NCBI GenBank assembly: GCA_051942205.1
Contig: JAVECO010000032.1
Span: 1 to 64,000, forward strand
Source of the DNA: Coniocarpon cinnabarinum
Lineage: Eukaryota
Direction: 5' to 3'
Length of the DNA: 64,000 nt
The translations under genes and the position numbers were made by a program. The notes beneath the pieces were generated by a model. The model was not told the origin of the DNA. It was given only the letters and a program-made list of their open reading frames with translations, and did not search any database. Below, in pieces: positions 12,397 through 23,632 of the stretch. Numbering within the stretch: position 1 is the first letter of the stretch; each line of letters starts with the position of its first letter.

Positions 12397-13368
12397 CCTT
12401 AGAGGCCTTCTTAGAGGATTTAATAAAGTAGTAAAATTATATTAAGCTGGTTTCAGCGGTTTTTAAACGGTTATAGGTTTTAAAGCTAGCTTAAAGCTAG
12501 CTTAAAACTAGCTTAAAACCTTCTATAGCTCTATAATAGTATAGATCCTTAGTATTAGATCTAGTTTTATATTTTTTTTAGTAATAAATTCTATCATAAA
12601 TATATTTTCTATTTTTAGAACAGTTTTAAGATTTAGTTAATAATCAAGTGTATTTTAATATTTATTATGTTACAATAGTCTAAACCTATTTTGATACTAG
12701 TTTTAAGACTAGTTTTTATATAAGTTTTAGTAAAAAAATAAGTTTTTTTATTAAGATCGATTGCGAGATCGAGATATAAACTAATTTTATTACTAGTTTT
12801 AGTAATATAGCTTATGTTATAGTCTGAATTAATTTAATTATCTAATTTAAGATATTATAGGTTATAACTACCTAATTAAGAATATAGCTTCCCTTTTTAA
12901 TTCTAAAATTCTAATTTTTTAATTAGCTACACTATTAAAAAAATTTAGCTTCTTAGCTAAAATTACTTTATAGAATATTAAATGATAAGTTTTATATACC
13001 TAATTAGGCCTAGTATATTAGTTTTTTATAAGTTGAAATTTTATAATATCATAATATATTTAAAATTAGAGTCAAATCTTATAATCGACATTCGATCTCG
13101 ACAGGTTTTAGATCTTGGTAGAAGAAATAGTATTTATCTACTTAAAAACGGGTAAAAACTATATTAAAACTGTTTCAAGCCTTTTCTAGAATAAGCCTAA
13201 GCTCAATCTCGTAATCGCAACTATAACTATAACTATAAATTTAACTAAAACTAAATTGAATACTAGAACTAGTACTAAAACTAATAATAGGCTAGTTTTA
13301 AACTAGTTTCAAAACCCTATCACTACTGTTATACAACTAGTTCGAAACCTAAGAGTTCGACACTAAGG
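12397..13368 (+). mobile_element. Element copy D
   Basis: CCTTAGAGGCCTTCTTAGAGG ... AACCTAAGAGTTCGACACTAAGG; colinear with copies A and B, but not TA-flanked. Confidence 0.75.
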
Positions 13369-14787
13369 TGTTAAGACAGGTTAAAATAAGCTAATTTTCA
13401 AGCTACAACACAACTAGAATACAGCTGACTAAAGACCTTTAAGCTCAATACCAAGGTAGTTTGTTGCTTATTAAGGCAATAGCAATCGACATCGATTGAA
13501 GCCATAACATTCTAGCACAGTTCAATGCCAAGAAACCCTAGAAGTCTGACGATGATAGATAGAGGCAATGCTAAATTATCTAATATTCCCGATGTTGAAC
13601 CTGTGCCGATCCTACAGTACTGAGTCTTACAGCAGTAAAATAGTGTGACAGTATAAGCACTTTCAAGAGAGGCTTATTGGTACTAACGTCAACCTGATGC
13701 CAAAGATGTGCTAGCATAGGCTGATAGAGCAGCACAAAATTCATTTGTACGTGGATCTAGGACTGGGTTGCAAGTTGCCCGGGAGGTCCTTCTCTACGAG
13801 CTAGAAATAACCAAGGCGAAGCATGATACCTCGCAGGATCGTATGTGCTCCAATCACAGGAGCAAGTCTGAGTAGTCTTATGGAGTTAGACCTGAATCGA
13901 ATGTATGTAGAACAGTCAAAGCTGCTACTATGCATGACGTGAACATCAAGGATCAGATCAGAACGAGCTCAACTTGCATTCAGGTCGGCTATACAATTGC
14001 AATCAACGATGCTCCCAAAAGATCGAAACATCATGAATTGTTCGTCTTCCACCAAGTTTTAGACGCACCTACGGGTTGGCCAAATGCCCATTGATTTATA
14101 TTTGCAATGGACACAAGGCACACAAATGATAGAGCTGTTTCATCTCACTCAAATCTATAGCATTCATCGACGCTCAAGCGCAAGATAATAAAGCGATGTA
14201 TCAATGTCATGTGGTCTTATGGCCCCGCCTTTGTGTTTGTGCTCCCGGGGCCGTACGGGGTGCAGGCGATTGTCTACTAGGTAGTGCGTTTGGATCCCGC
14301 ACGCAGAATCATAGCTCGTCCACAACAAAGAGACCATAATGTGCCGGGGCAGACATGCGCAATCATGCATTTGGCATCGTATGCCCTCCCTGATAGATCG
14401 CGCAAATCAATACCAATTTCTTGCAATCACTATGGTGGTTGTGATTCCCGATCTAAGATCAGGGCAGTCTTGGGCAACTTTTCAATTATTAGACGGCAAT
14501 GTCAATGGCTTCAAATTTGCTAATCAGATAACCTCCGGCAATACAGGAAAAACGCTAAGAACCTCCTTTTTCTTGGGATACATCTTTCCCTGTTGACCTC
14601 TCTCCTGGGAATAATAATTCCATTTTATTTCCTGCCATGGGTATCAAATCGTACACTTCATCGCCAACCGAATGCAAGTAGAATGTCTTCAACAGTGAAG
14701 AATGGGTCAACCTTGTAGCGGTGCTTAGCTACCATCGCCTCAGGACACAACGATGACTAGATCTTCCACAGATTTGTAATGTATCCT

Positions 14788-17700
14788 CTACACTCCTGAG
14801 CTTCGCTGCCGCTGATTGAAAGGCAATGGGGGACTCTGAGAGTTCGCTCGTTGCAATCTGCTCGCGCGATTTCTGACCGTATTTGCACTACCACTGCGAC
14901 CGGGAGCTTTAGCAAGACGCGCTGATCTCGATCTTGACCTGTTCATGACCAAATATTCGCCGTCTTCTGAATCAGAATCATCCTCGTCAGTCACTGGATG
15001 CTGTTCTGACGCTTGCTGATCATTGTGGTCCTGGTCGCTCGTAAGTATCAGTGGTTTCGGTTGGGCACTCTGCGACTGCGGTTCGCGCACCTCCAAGTTC
15101 GAACTCGGACCTGGTTTGTGGTTGCTCTCCACAATGCTGCGGCCACTCGTGGTCAATTCTTCGCCACCAGGATCCGGACCCATAGATGAATCTGCAGAGA
15201 TTACTGACGGTATGGACGGAAAAGACGTCTCTCGTGAGATAGCAGAATTCAAGTGATCTTCTGAAGAGTTTGAGGAAGCAGCTGGCTGCTTCGCATGAAT
15301 GGCATGGGGACTCGGTGGGCTCAGCTGCAGAAAACTGGGATTCTGCGACAGCTGATTAGCGCCAGATCGCTGCACATCTTGGGCAACATGAACATTGGCG
15401 TCTCCTATAGGGAGGCTTTGTGCAGATTGACTGAGATGACCAACTGCAGAAGTACTACTGAGCGCGACACTCGGTTGCCCTTGGAGGTGCTCGAAGGACT
15501 CAACAGACGAATGTGATGGCGCGCTACTGGCAGGACGATCGTCTGGCGCATTTCTGTCCCTAGAACGGACTGTCTTCAACAAGTTACGCCCAGCCTCTCC
15601 AAGCATGTTGAAGAGATGTGCTCCGTATTGCTCCTGGGGCGCAGGCCGCATGCCCGGCAGATCGGCCGCAAAAGCATGCTCTACCGACGCAAAATCAGAC
15701 TGCTTGACGGTCCTGACTGAAGCAGCAGTGGACATGACAGACTCTTGACGGTCTGGCGGTGAAGGACGGCAATCTGGGTCACGACAGGTGTACCGCGTCG
15801 AGTAGCGCACCAACTCGTCAGCGTCCCTAAAGACTTCTCTTGCATCTCTTGGCTCTAGCTCAGGGCTGGCAGTGACACTCTGCGATAAAGGATGCTCCGC
15901 GTGGCTTTGATGGTGCAATTGTTCCCGAGATGACTTCAAATTCGCGGAGAGGCTGTCGTCACTCCGCGAATGCTCATGCGACGGGAAAGAGTGGACGTGC
16001 GGAGAGAACGGACCGGGTGACGAACTTGCCTCCGATGAAGCGGTTGAGCTCTGTCCTCTCTTCCGCGACCCAGCGCCAAATCCCAAGCCTCCCATAGCCT
16101 TCTTCACCACTGACTTTGCCCGTTCGACCAAACGCAGCGGAGCAACTGCTTCGTGAATTTCTTCATTGGAGATCTCAATCTTGCGGCCCTGTAGGAATCT
16201 GTTAGGGTCTGTGTCATCAAGCCATTTGACATGGTTTGGAAGGTCACGAAGCACCCAAGGATGATGCTTGATTTCCTTCACAGAGATCCTCTTGCCGGGG
16301 TCCTTTTCTAACAAGCGCTTGAGCAGGTCATAAAGTTCATCGTCGATCTCCTCATAGATGATTTCATGCGGCAAACGGTGATTGTTTGAAAGACGAAATT
16401 GCGGACCATGCGAGCCCAATCGATCCTGCCCCTTTAGATCAACTGCCTGTAGTCGCTTGCGAGGGAAGTCAATGTCGTCGGTCACAATGCGACGCATCAT
16501 TTCAAATTCGTTGTTTCCTCGAAAGGGGAGCCGAGCATACAAAAAGCAGTACAGAGTGACACCCAGAGCCCAGACGTCAATCTGACCGGTCACACGAGGC
16601 TTGTCCTCTGTGAAGCCCAAATCGCAAAGCTCAGGAGCGTAGAAAGCAGGTGTGCCAACCGTCTTCGCTAGGTCAGCTTCATCTTCAAGGAATTCTGATC
16701 CTTCTGCATCAGACGTCTCTTCAGACTCACGACCTTCTCTGATTGGCTTGCCAAGGTAAGATACCCCAAAGTCAGAGATTTTGACGGAGTGGTCAGCCTT
16801 GCGCAGGAGGTTCTCGGGTTTGATGTCCCTGTGGATGATGCCCTGATAGTGCAGATACTCAAGTCCGAGAAGAGCATCTCGAAAGGCACGGCGAGACTCT
16901 GTGATGGTCAGCAAGGGAACGTATCGCCTTTCCTCCGTAACAGTCCTCTCCATCAAATCCGTTACCATTAGCGAAGAAGAGTCGGCAAGACTAGGCTGGC
17001 GGACGTGTCCATCTGCGCCGTAAGCATCTGAATGATCCTCAGCCTGCAGTAGCTGCGTATCGGGTGATCCCATCGTGGTGTTGCAGGCTCCCCTGGACAT
17101 TCTGTGATCTGGACCGGATGTCGAGTTATCGTCACCATCAGCCGTAAGGAGAAAGGCGTGTGTATCGAGGGACAAATCAGTTCCAAGAGCCTGACGCCGA
17201 TGATCGGAGTAATGCGAACCCCGGCGAGAAGCAGATGTGAGATTGAGTTGATCTTCGCCGTCCGGCTCAGAGTCTCCAGTGTACTCTAAGCTCCACAGAG
17301 GCGAATCACTCATGTCATGTGGTTGCGGTCGCGGCGGCCGCCTACGCCTAGGTTGTCTTGCCGTTTCGGTGATATTAGGGGCGTCATCAGAATTTGCTGC
17401 AGCTTGAAAATTAGTTATGTTACCTTGAAGACTGCGTGGTCGTTGATGTTGCATGAGGATAATCTCACTTTCACCTAGATGGCGCCACCTCACATCATGC
17501 GCTTCGCAGAATTCGAGGACTAGATATATCTTGTGGAGGTCTGGATCATCGATAACCTCTAACATGCTTACGACATTGGGATGCAGCGCTTTCTTGAGAA
17601 TTGCAATCTCCTTTTTCACCTTGTCTTCCTGGTCTTGTGCCTTGCCAAGACGTCGCCTTTTTGCGAAGCGCTGCACAATCTTGATTGCCACATTCTCGCC

Positions 17701-18732
17701 GGTAACAACGTCGCGGCCCAGCTTCACTTTCCCGTGAGTGCCTTTGCCAAGTTCATACAGGATCTCGTATTGATTGATCGTCTTACGACCAGAGTACGAA
17801 TCCAAATCGCGCACGGCCTTGTTTGTCTCCTTTGGTGCTTGCGGCTGAACAGGATGCAGATATGGACTTGGTACCGGACTCTCGCCATCGGGTCCAGAGC
17901 GCGACGGAAGTTGACGTAATGCATGAGGGGACAACGAGCCAGGTGTCTGGATAGGGGTGTTCCCTACGGTACGAGCTTGCCTTTCGTCGCCCGAGTTGCT
18001 AGGCGAGGACATTCGTGAGAACACACCTAATGTATGCGTAGGGTGGTAGCGGCCTGGTTTGGGTCGCGAAGAATACGGAGCCTGATGGTTCTCGGGATAA
18101 ATTTGGGATGAGAGAGCTGCAAGAGATTGATTGGGATAGGCTGGATATTCAGTCAACGACCGCCGTGGCCGCAGCCGATGCCGATCTGTGTCTCTTCCTT
18201 CATCGCGCGCTGTGGGTCGCTGCGTCGATGCTGCAGCAATCGAATCTCGCTGAGCGGCTAGGAGATGCTCAAGTGAAGGGGATGTCGCGGGGTTTGCCGG
18301 TTCAGAGTTGGGGTGGGACGCGCTATCACTTAACCGCATTGTCTGCCGGGATGCGACCGTCTGTGAGGCTAGATCGGAGCCTCCATCGTGTTTGGAATCA
18401 ATGCCCGGATCCTTCGCTGAGGCAGAAGAGAAATAGTCGCCTGGAGACGCAATGGGAGATGCGTGGTTCGTTCCATAGCTGGAACCTGTTTGATTCGATG
18501 GAGGCTGGACTGGCGTGTTTGATGAGGACGCAGTTGGCTGCACTAGCGATCCTTGCACGTCAGAGGACTCAATCGAGACCTGTGCAGGAGTTCCTGACAC
18601 AGTTGACAATCTCTTGTTATGAGGCTTCAGCGGATCAAGCGTGGTTCGCGATCCATCTGCAGGACTCTGCGGATGCTCTGACGGGTCTGGCGCTGGCTCA
18701 GCGGCGGGAGACGTGTTAGAGCTCTCGCTCAT
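14788..18732 (-). CDS. SAK1: Snf1-activating / CaMKK-family Ser/Thr kinase (Sak1/Ssp1-like)
   Basis: 1314-aa ORF with INQYEILYELGKGTHGKVKL, VAIK, IIHRDIKPENLL, ISDFGVS, KTVGTPAFYAPE and IDVWALGVTLY, plus a large kinase insert. Confidence 0.85.
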   Translation of the reverse strand: MSESSNTSPAAEPAPDPSEHPQSPADGSRTTLDPLKPHNKRLSTVSGTPAQVSIESSDVQGSLVQPTASSSNTPVQPPSNQTGSSYGTNHASPIASPGDYFSSASAKDPGIDSKHDGGSDLASQTVASRQTMRLSDSASHPNSEPANPATSPSLEHLLAAQRDSIAAASTQRPTARDEGRDTDRHRLRPRRSLTEYPAYPNQSLAALSSQIYPENHQAPYSSRPKPGRYHPTHTLGVFSRMSSPSNSGDERQARTVGNTPIQTPGSLSPHALRQLPSRSGPDGESPVPSPYLHPVQPQAPKETNKAVRDLDSYSGRKTINQYEILYELGKGTHGKVKLGRDVVTGENVAIKIVQRFAKRRRLGKAQDQEDKVKKEIAILKKALHPNVVSMLEVIDDPDLHKIYLVLEFCEAHDVRWRHLGESEIILMQHQRPRSLQGNITNFQAAANSDDAPNITETARQPRRRRPPRPQPHDMSDSPLWSLEYTGDSEPDGEDQLNLTSASRRGSHYSDHRRQALGTDLSLDTHAFLLTADGDDNSTSGPDHRMSRGACNTTMGSPDTQLLQAEDHSDAYGADGHVRQPSLADSSSLMVTDLMERTVTEERRYVPLLTITESRRAFRDALLGLEYLHYQGIIHRDIKPENLLRKADHSVKISDFGVSYLGKPIREGRESEETSDAEGSEFLEDEADLAKTVGTPAFYAPELCDLGFTEDKPRVTGQIDVWALGVTLYCFLYARLPFRGNNEFEMMRRIVTDDIDFPRKRLQAVDLKGQDRLGSHGPQFRLSNNHRLPHEIIYEEIDDELYDLLKRLLEKDPGKRISVKEIKHHPWVLRDLPNHVKWLDDTDPNRFLQGRKIEISNEEIHEAVAPLRLVERAKSVVKKAMGGLGFGAGSRKRGQSSTASSEASSSPGPFSPHVHSFPSHEHSRSDDSLSANLKSSREQLHHQSHAEHPLSQSVTASPELEPRDAREVFRDADELVRYSTRYTCRDPDCRPSPPDRQESVMSTAASVRTVKQSDFASVEHAFAADLPGMRPAPQEQYGAHLFNMLGEAGRNLLKTVRSRDRNAPDDRPASSAPSHSSVESFEHLQGQPSVALSSTSAVGHLSQSAQSLPIGDANVHVAQDVQRSGANQLSQNPSFLQLSPPSPHAIHAKQPAASSNSSEDHLNSAISRETSFPSIPSVISADSSMGPDPGGEELTTSGRSIVESNHKPGPSSNLEVREPQSQSAQPKPLILTSDQDHNDQQASEQHPVTDEDDSDSEDGEYLVMNRSRSRSARLAKAPGRSGSANTVRNRASRLQRANSQSPPLPFNQRQRSSGV

Positions 18733-19423
18733 CGCCAGTTAGACGCCACGCTGGGTAGTCCACGAAGCAAACTCGTCCTCTATTCGTTCTTCTAGCCACT
18801 GGTGGAATGGCAACCCGGGAAAGCGCTGGTCTCGGCGCAAAGGCGCTGCTATCGTGATCCAGGTCGAGAAGATTGTGTATGCATCCTCATGTCGACGAAG
18901 GTGTACAAGTCAATGGGGCCGACGTTGACGAACGGGGCGGGCCAGAAGGTGGGTAGGAATGGCAGCGGTGTATTACGTGCAGAGCTTTTTCGATGAGGAA
19001 AGTAGCCAGAGACGTCGTGGAGAAATAGCCTTTGGGGAACGTGCGGCGGGCGCTCGAGGAAAAGTGACGTTGCGGATGCGCACCGATTAGGTGGGGCGGG
19101 GAAAAGTGTTGAGATGTCTGTGTGTGTGTGGGTGTGGCACGCGCGCTGCGAGACTGGAGCGGCGGCGGCGGCGGCAAGGCGGGTGCACGCTGACGGGCCG
19201 TCAAGGCTGTCGAGTGTGAAGCAAAGAAGGGGGATGAGACAGGCTTTGGAATCGATCAAGCAGCAGCAGCGAGGAGGCGAGAGAGTTCAGGCTGGGCGAA
19301 AGGCGCGAGGCCTGGAGGCCTGGTGGCCTGGTGATCCCAACGCTTTGCCAGTCGTGCCCGCCAGCCTCTGCAGGCGAGCAATGGCAGCCGAGGGGGGCCG
19401 AGTCGCGGCACACGCAATGGCGG

Positions 19424-19442
19424 ATGGATGGATGGATGGATG
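19424..19442 (+). repeat. (GGAT)n microsatellite; a (GCG)n tract lies nearby at ~19159-19175
   Basis: Direct reading. Confidence 0.7.
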
Positions 19443-20178
19443 AATTGAATGATTCTACAGTGGAGTGATAGAGATGGCGCGACAGAGGGAGAGCATCATC
19501 GCCCTCGTCAAAGGCCCTCGCCCTGTTGTCAACCAGACGAACAAGCTGCCCCGGCCTGCCGTCGTGATTGGTGCGTGACTGCGCCCGTTGGACGGTTGGA
19601 GGGGTCGATTGGGTCACTGCTAGCTTGGCGTCTTTCGGACACTTGCAGGTCTGGGACCGAGGGACTTGCAAGCCCTTCTCCAGCGCACTGCAGACTTCTG
19701 TCTTGGACACCCATCAATGACAATGGCGATTGCCCGGTCACGTGCGAAATGGAACTTGAGTTGCAAACCACTCTTCCCCGATTCCCTCATGTGGTGCCTG
19801 CCACGTCGCGTTCTATTCTTCCCAAGACATGCCATTCGGCGCTCTTGGCCTGATCACCAATAGACACTGAGATCTGCCATGGCCATGCTCACATAACGAA
19901 CGTCGAAGGGGCTGAAGCTGATCCGTAGCCTGTTTTCAATCCTCAGAGCCGTGCGGATGACAGGCAACCAAGCCGGAGCGCAAGTAGATGCACTGGGATC
20001 AATAATGCGTGACGCCCCGGAACTCGATTGATGTCTGTCAATAATCTTGCCAATCTAGCGGATCGTAGCGAGGAGAGGTGACACGTCAGATCCCCCCATC
20101 TACCTGATCAGCGCTGCATAAGCAGATGCCACAGTGTTATACGTGGGATGTGGACACCGCAACGAACCATGACCAATC

Positions 20179-20838
20179 TCAGCCTGGGCTGTCACTCGCA
20201 AGACTGCTGCGTGAGTTCCACAAATCCTGGGCTTCCATTTCCACACCGCGCATCTTGTCGGCAACAACGTCCAGCTTCTCGACCACGTCAATGACACCCC
20301 TGTTGACCTTCTCGAAATATCGGTCGTTAGTCTCCCGTCTTTTCCGTGCTAGGTTGATATCGTTCGTCGTTTCTTCTTCCAGCGACGGCATTTGCGAATC
20401 GTCGGTGCTGTCTTTTCGCGTAGATCTGCGGCCTTGTGCTGTGGTCGCGGTTGCATCTTGTTCGTTTTCAGCTACTTTCACCTGCCGCCCATTTCCCTGC
20501 GACCGCTTCTCTGCATGTTGGCCCAACGTCTCACCCACGCCGTCATCATCCGCCTCACTGCGCGCCCAAGCTTGCGCCAAGGAGATCTGTGCGTTGCGGA
20601 GCTCCTCCAACGCACGTGTATGCTCAGCACTGAATGCGCTTGCACCTCCGGCCGCGCTCAATTCAATTTCTTCGAGAGTGTTCTGCATCTGAGCCCAAGC
20701 CGCCTCTGCGCGAGCACCCTCTGCGACGCTGCCACTTGGACGGACCGACTGCTCCTTTTGACGCGCCATGTAAGAGGTATTTCGGACAATGTTTGGAAAA
20801 TTGCTCGTCAAAGGAGCATGTGAGTCTTGTCTCGACAT
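20179..20838 (-). CDS. Conserved-looking fungal hypothetical coiled-coil protein (start uncertain)
   Basis: Open frame with helical blocks AAWAQMQNTLEEIELSA, ALEELRNAQISLAQAW and NDRYFEKVNRGVIDVVEKLD. Confidence 0.7.
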   Translation of the reverse strand: MSRQDSHAPLTSNFPNIVRNTSYMARQKEQSVRPSGSVAEGARAEAAWAQMQNTLEEIELSAAGGASAFSAEHTRALEELRNAQISLAQAWARSEADDDGVGETLGQHAEKRSQGNGRQVKVAENEQDATATTAQGRRSTRKDSTDDSQMPSLEEETTNDINLARKRRETNDRYFEKVNRGVIDVVEKLDVVADKMRGVEMEAQDLWNSRSSLASDSPG

Positions 20839-21611
20839 GCTGTCTCGCCTGCACCACCGTCGTACCTGCAAGATTTTCTTTAATGGTGTATTGGACACTA
20901 GATGTACTTCGCGCCTAGATCTGCCTCAGGCATATGCCCGCAGTACGTGCCTACCTCTACAGGTAGTACTACCTTCTACGGGTGGGCGATTAGAAGAAGA
21001 AGCTTGGCAGAACGATACGCGGCACCCTCGACAACCACCAAATCCTTTCCGTACCAGATGCCGCTTTAAATGATATGTGTCTGGAATACTTGAGGCCGTT
21101 GCGCGCACTGATGAATTTGCGTGCTTCACGTTATCCCGCAATAAAAGTGTGGGCTCTCTGGAGTCGAAAGTATTTCGTAAAGAAGTTGATCAATGATTGT
21201 ATGAACGTGAATGATACGAAGAGAAAGTTGGAAATCAGGAGAAGGGGAAGGTCACGTGTGGGATACCTCGTATTTGGCCGAATTGCACTTGCGGAAGCCG
21301 CCCCGCGTATGTTAGCAACTCATCAGCGGCATGATATTGCTGAGTGGAAGAAAGTCAACGTCATGGAGCAATGGGAGAGCTCGCCGCGAAAACCGACGCC
21401 GCGCAGGAGCTTGTTCTCATTGAAAAGAGATAAAAGCAAGCCCAAGGCGTCGAGTAAGAGCACCTCCCCAGGTACCCCTCCGAGCTCTGCGAAGCAGCAA
21501 CAGCCACCTCTCCTCCAACATGCTTCAACTCGTGAGCCACCGTCGCAGGGAGTTCGGCCTGCGTCAGTCGACGTGATCAAACCTGCGCAAGCGCGAGCTG
21601 TCGGTGGCCAC

Positions 21612-22874
21612 ATGGATCCTGCCATCTACAGAGCAACGACGACTGCCCCAGTAAACATTGCAGTGATCAAGTGAGTACTGAGAGGCGTGCAAGGCCGTAT
21701 GTGCATGCTGATGAAACTATTGCTGACTCACTGCGTGAGGTACTGGGGCAAGCGTGATTCCCACCTGAATCTGCCATCCAACTCCTCTCTCTCTGTTACC
21801 CTCAACCAACGCGATCTGTGCACTCTTACTACCGCGTCATGCTCACCTAAGTTTCCAAATGACACTCTCACGCTTAATAATGTTTCTCAGCCATTGGACA
21901 ATGTGCGCACACAAGCTTGTTTCCGCGAATTGCGGCTTCTTCGACATGACTTAGAAGCCGCCGATCCATCTCTTCCAGCATTGTCCACGTTTCCTCTGCG
22001 CATTAATTCTTCAAACAATTTTCCCACCGCTGCTGGCCTTGCGAGCTCCGCCGCGGGCTTTGCGGCGCTCGTGCGCGCTATCGCTGACCTGTACGAGCTC
22101 CACCAGCCTCCAGAACAACTAAGCAGGATCGCTCGGCAGGGTTCTGGCTCTGCGTGCCGTTCGCTCTTTGGTGGCTACACAGCGTGGCACATGGGGGTAC
22201 GGGTGGACGGCTCTGATAGCATGGCTGCAGCCGTGGCACCCGTGTCGCATTGGCCTAGTATGCGTGCGCTCATTCTAGTCATATCGGACGCGAAAAAGGA
22301 TGTCTCCTCTACAGCAGGGATGCAGGCGACTGTTGCGACATCATCACTCTTTGCCACTCGCGCAGCAGACGTGGTGCCGCAACGAATGGGACAAATGGTC
22401 GCGGCAATTGAGCACAAAGACTTTAGCACTTTTGCGTTTCTAACCATGCGTGAGAGCAACAGCTTCCACGCCACTTGCGCCGATACATGGCCACCAATAT
22501 TTTACCTCACTGACACGAGTCGAGCTGCGATTCGAGTGGTCGAGGCAATTAACGCTGCCGAGGGGCAGATGGTGACTGCTTATACGTTCGACGCAGGACC
22601 GAATGCGGTCATCTTCTTCGAGGAAAAGCATCAAAGTTTAGTTCTTGCTACATTCCGTGCAATCGTAGGGCATGTGCCTGGCTGGCCACGGGTAGACAAC
22701 GAAGCGCGAGCGACCACCAGCTACCATGCGGTACAAACGGATGCAAACGTTGCAGAGGAGTTGCGAGCCGGCGTGAGCCGAGTCATTATGACAAGTGTAG
22801 GGGAGGGTCCCAGAAGAGTTCAGGATCATCTTGTTGATGGTCAAGGAAACCTCCTAAGAAAGGAGGAACCGTAA
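21612..22874 (+). CDS. MVD1: Diphosphomevalonate decarboxylase; intron 21671-21739
   Basis: APVNIAVIK|YWGKRD restored by splicing; NNFPTAAGLASSAAG, ARQGSGSACRS and YTFDAGPNAV. Confidence 0.96.
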
Positions 22875-23091
22875 TCATGCATAGAATAGAAGCTTACAAT
22901 GATTTATTAAGCCGCCTTTGAGAGGTCGAGACCTGGTTAAATGTGAGCCCTATCATTTTTGCTGCGATTCGGCTTTCTGGTTTTGCCGGTATCGCCGCGA
23001 TCAGACCTTTCTCAAGGCTCAGAGACTCATGCATTGAGGGAAACGTTTCCGACTCTATCTGCCTGAAGATGCAAGTAGGAGTTGCCGCAGC

Positions 23092-23632
23092 TCACGACCT
23101 TGGTTTCTCCTTCTTTTCCTTCCACAGTGCAAGGAGTCCAACACCGGAGACCTTCACCACCTTGAATCGCACACCAGGAATGTCGCCCTTCGCCTTGCCT
23201 TTTCGGCCGAATCCCGAGAGGAGCACTTCATCGTTCTCGTCGACGAAATTGAGACATCCGTCATTTGGTACTGGAGGTTCGTCAGCCACGAGAACCCACT
23301 TTCTATGATACTCCCTAAGCGGAGTTGGTTCCCTCCAGCATTCCCTGAAGTTTTTCATTGCCCGTTCACGTACCGAAAGCTGTGACTTTTTTGCCATTCT
23401 TGATCAATTGCACACGAACACACTTGCGGATGGCGGAATTTGGTTGCTTGGCTTCGACTCCAACTTTTTCGAGCACAATCCCTTTCGCGTGCGACGAGCC
23501 ACCGAACGGAGAGGATTTGTAGACCGTACCAAGATGGCGCTTCTTGTACTGCAGGTCGGCCCACCGGTTCTCTCTTCGTTTGTTCTTAAGTTTGCGGGCG
23601 GCATTGAGACCTCTTGGCTTCCCAGAACCCAT
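23092..23632 (-). CDS. RPS23: 40S ribosomal protein S23 (uS12); coding intron 23271-23373, probable 5'UTR intron 23653-23711
   Basis: [15 protein letters not shown]...[30 protein letters not shown]...KEKPRS. Confidence 0.97.

Larger units (their letters stand above)
11439..13456. mobile_element. TA-flanked composite unit with 25-bp imperfect terminal inverted repeats enclosing copies C and D
   Basis: TACCTTAGTATTAAGCCTTAAGGTC (11437-11461) versus the reverse complement of 13434-13458, TACCTTGGTATTGAGCTTAAAGGTC: 21/25 identical. Confidence 0.55.

Noticed and set aside
1..13460. Starship or other giant-transposon boundary, or a centromere
   Set aside because: No tyrosine-recombinase captain gene is visible, and the AT blocks here are short and interrupted by a gene; sequence left of the window is unknown.
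13525..13840. Possible RIP-leakage pseudogene next to the AT island (MPRNPRSL...KAKHDTSQD)
   Set aside because: Five stops in ~105 codons is about what random sequence gives, and there is no recognisable homology.
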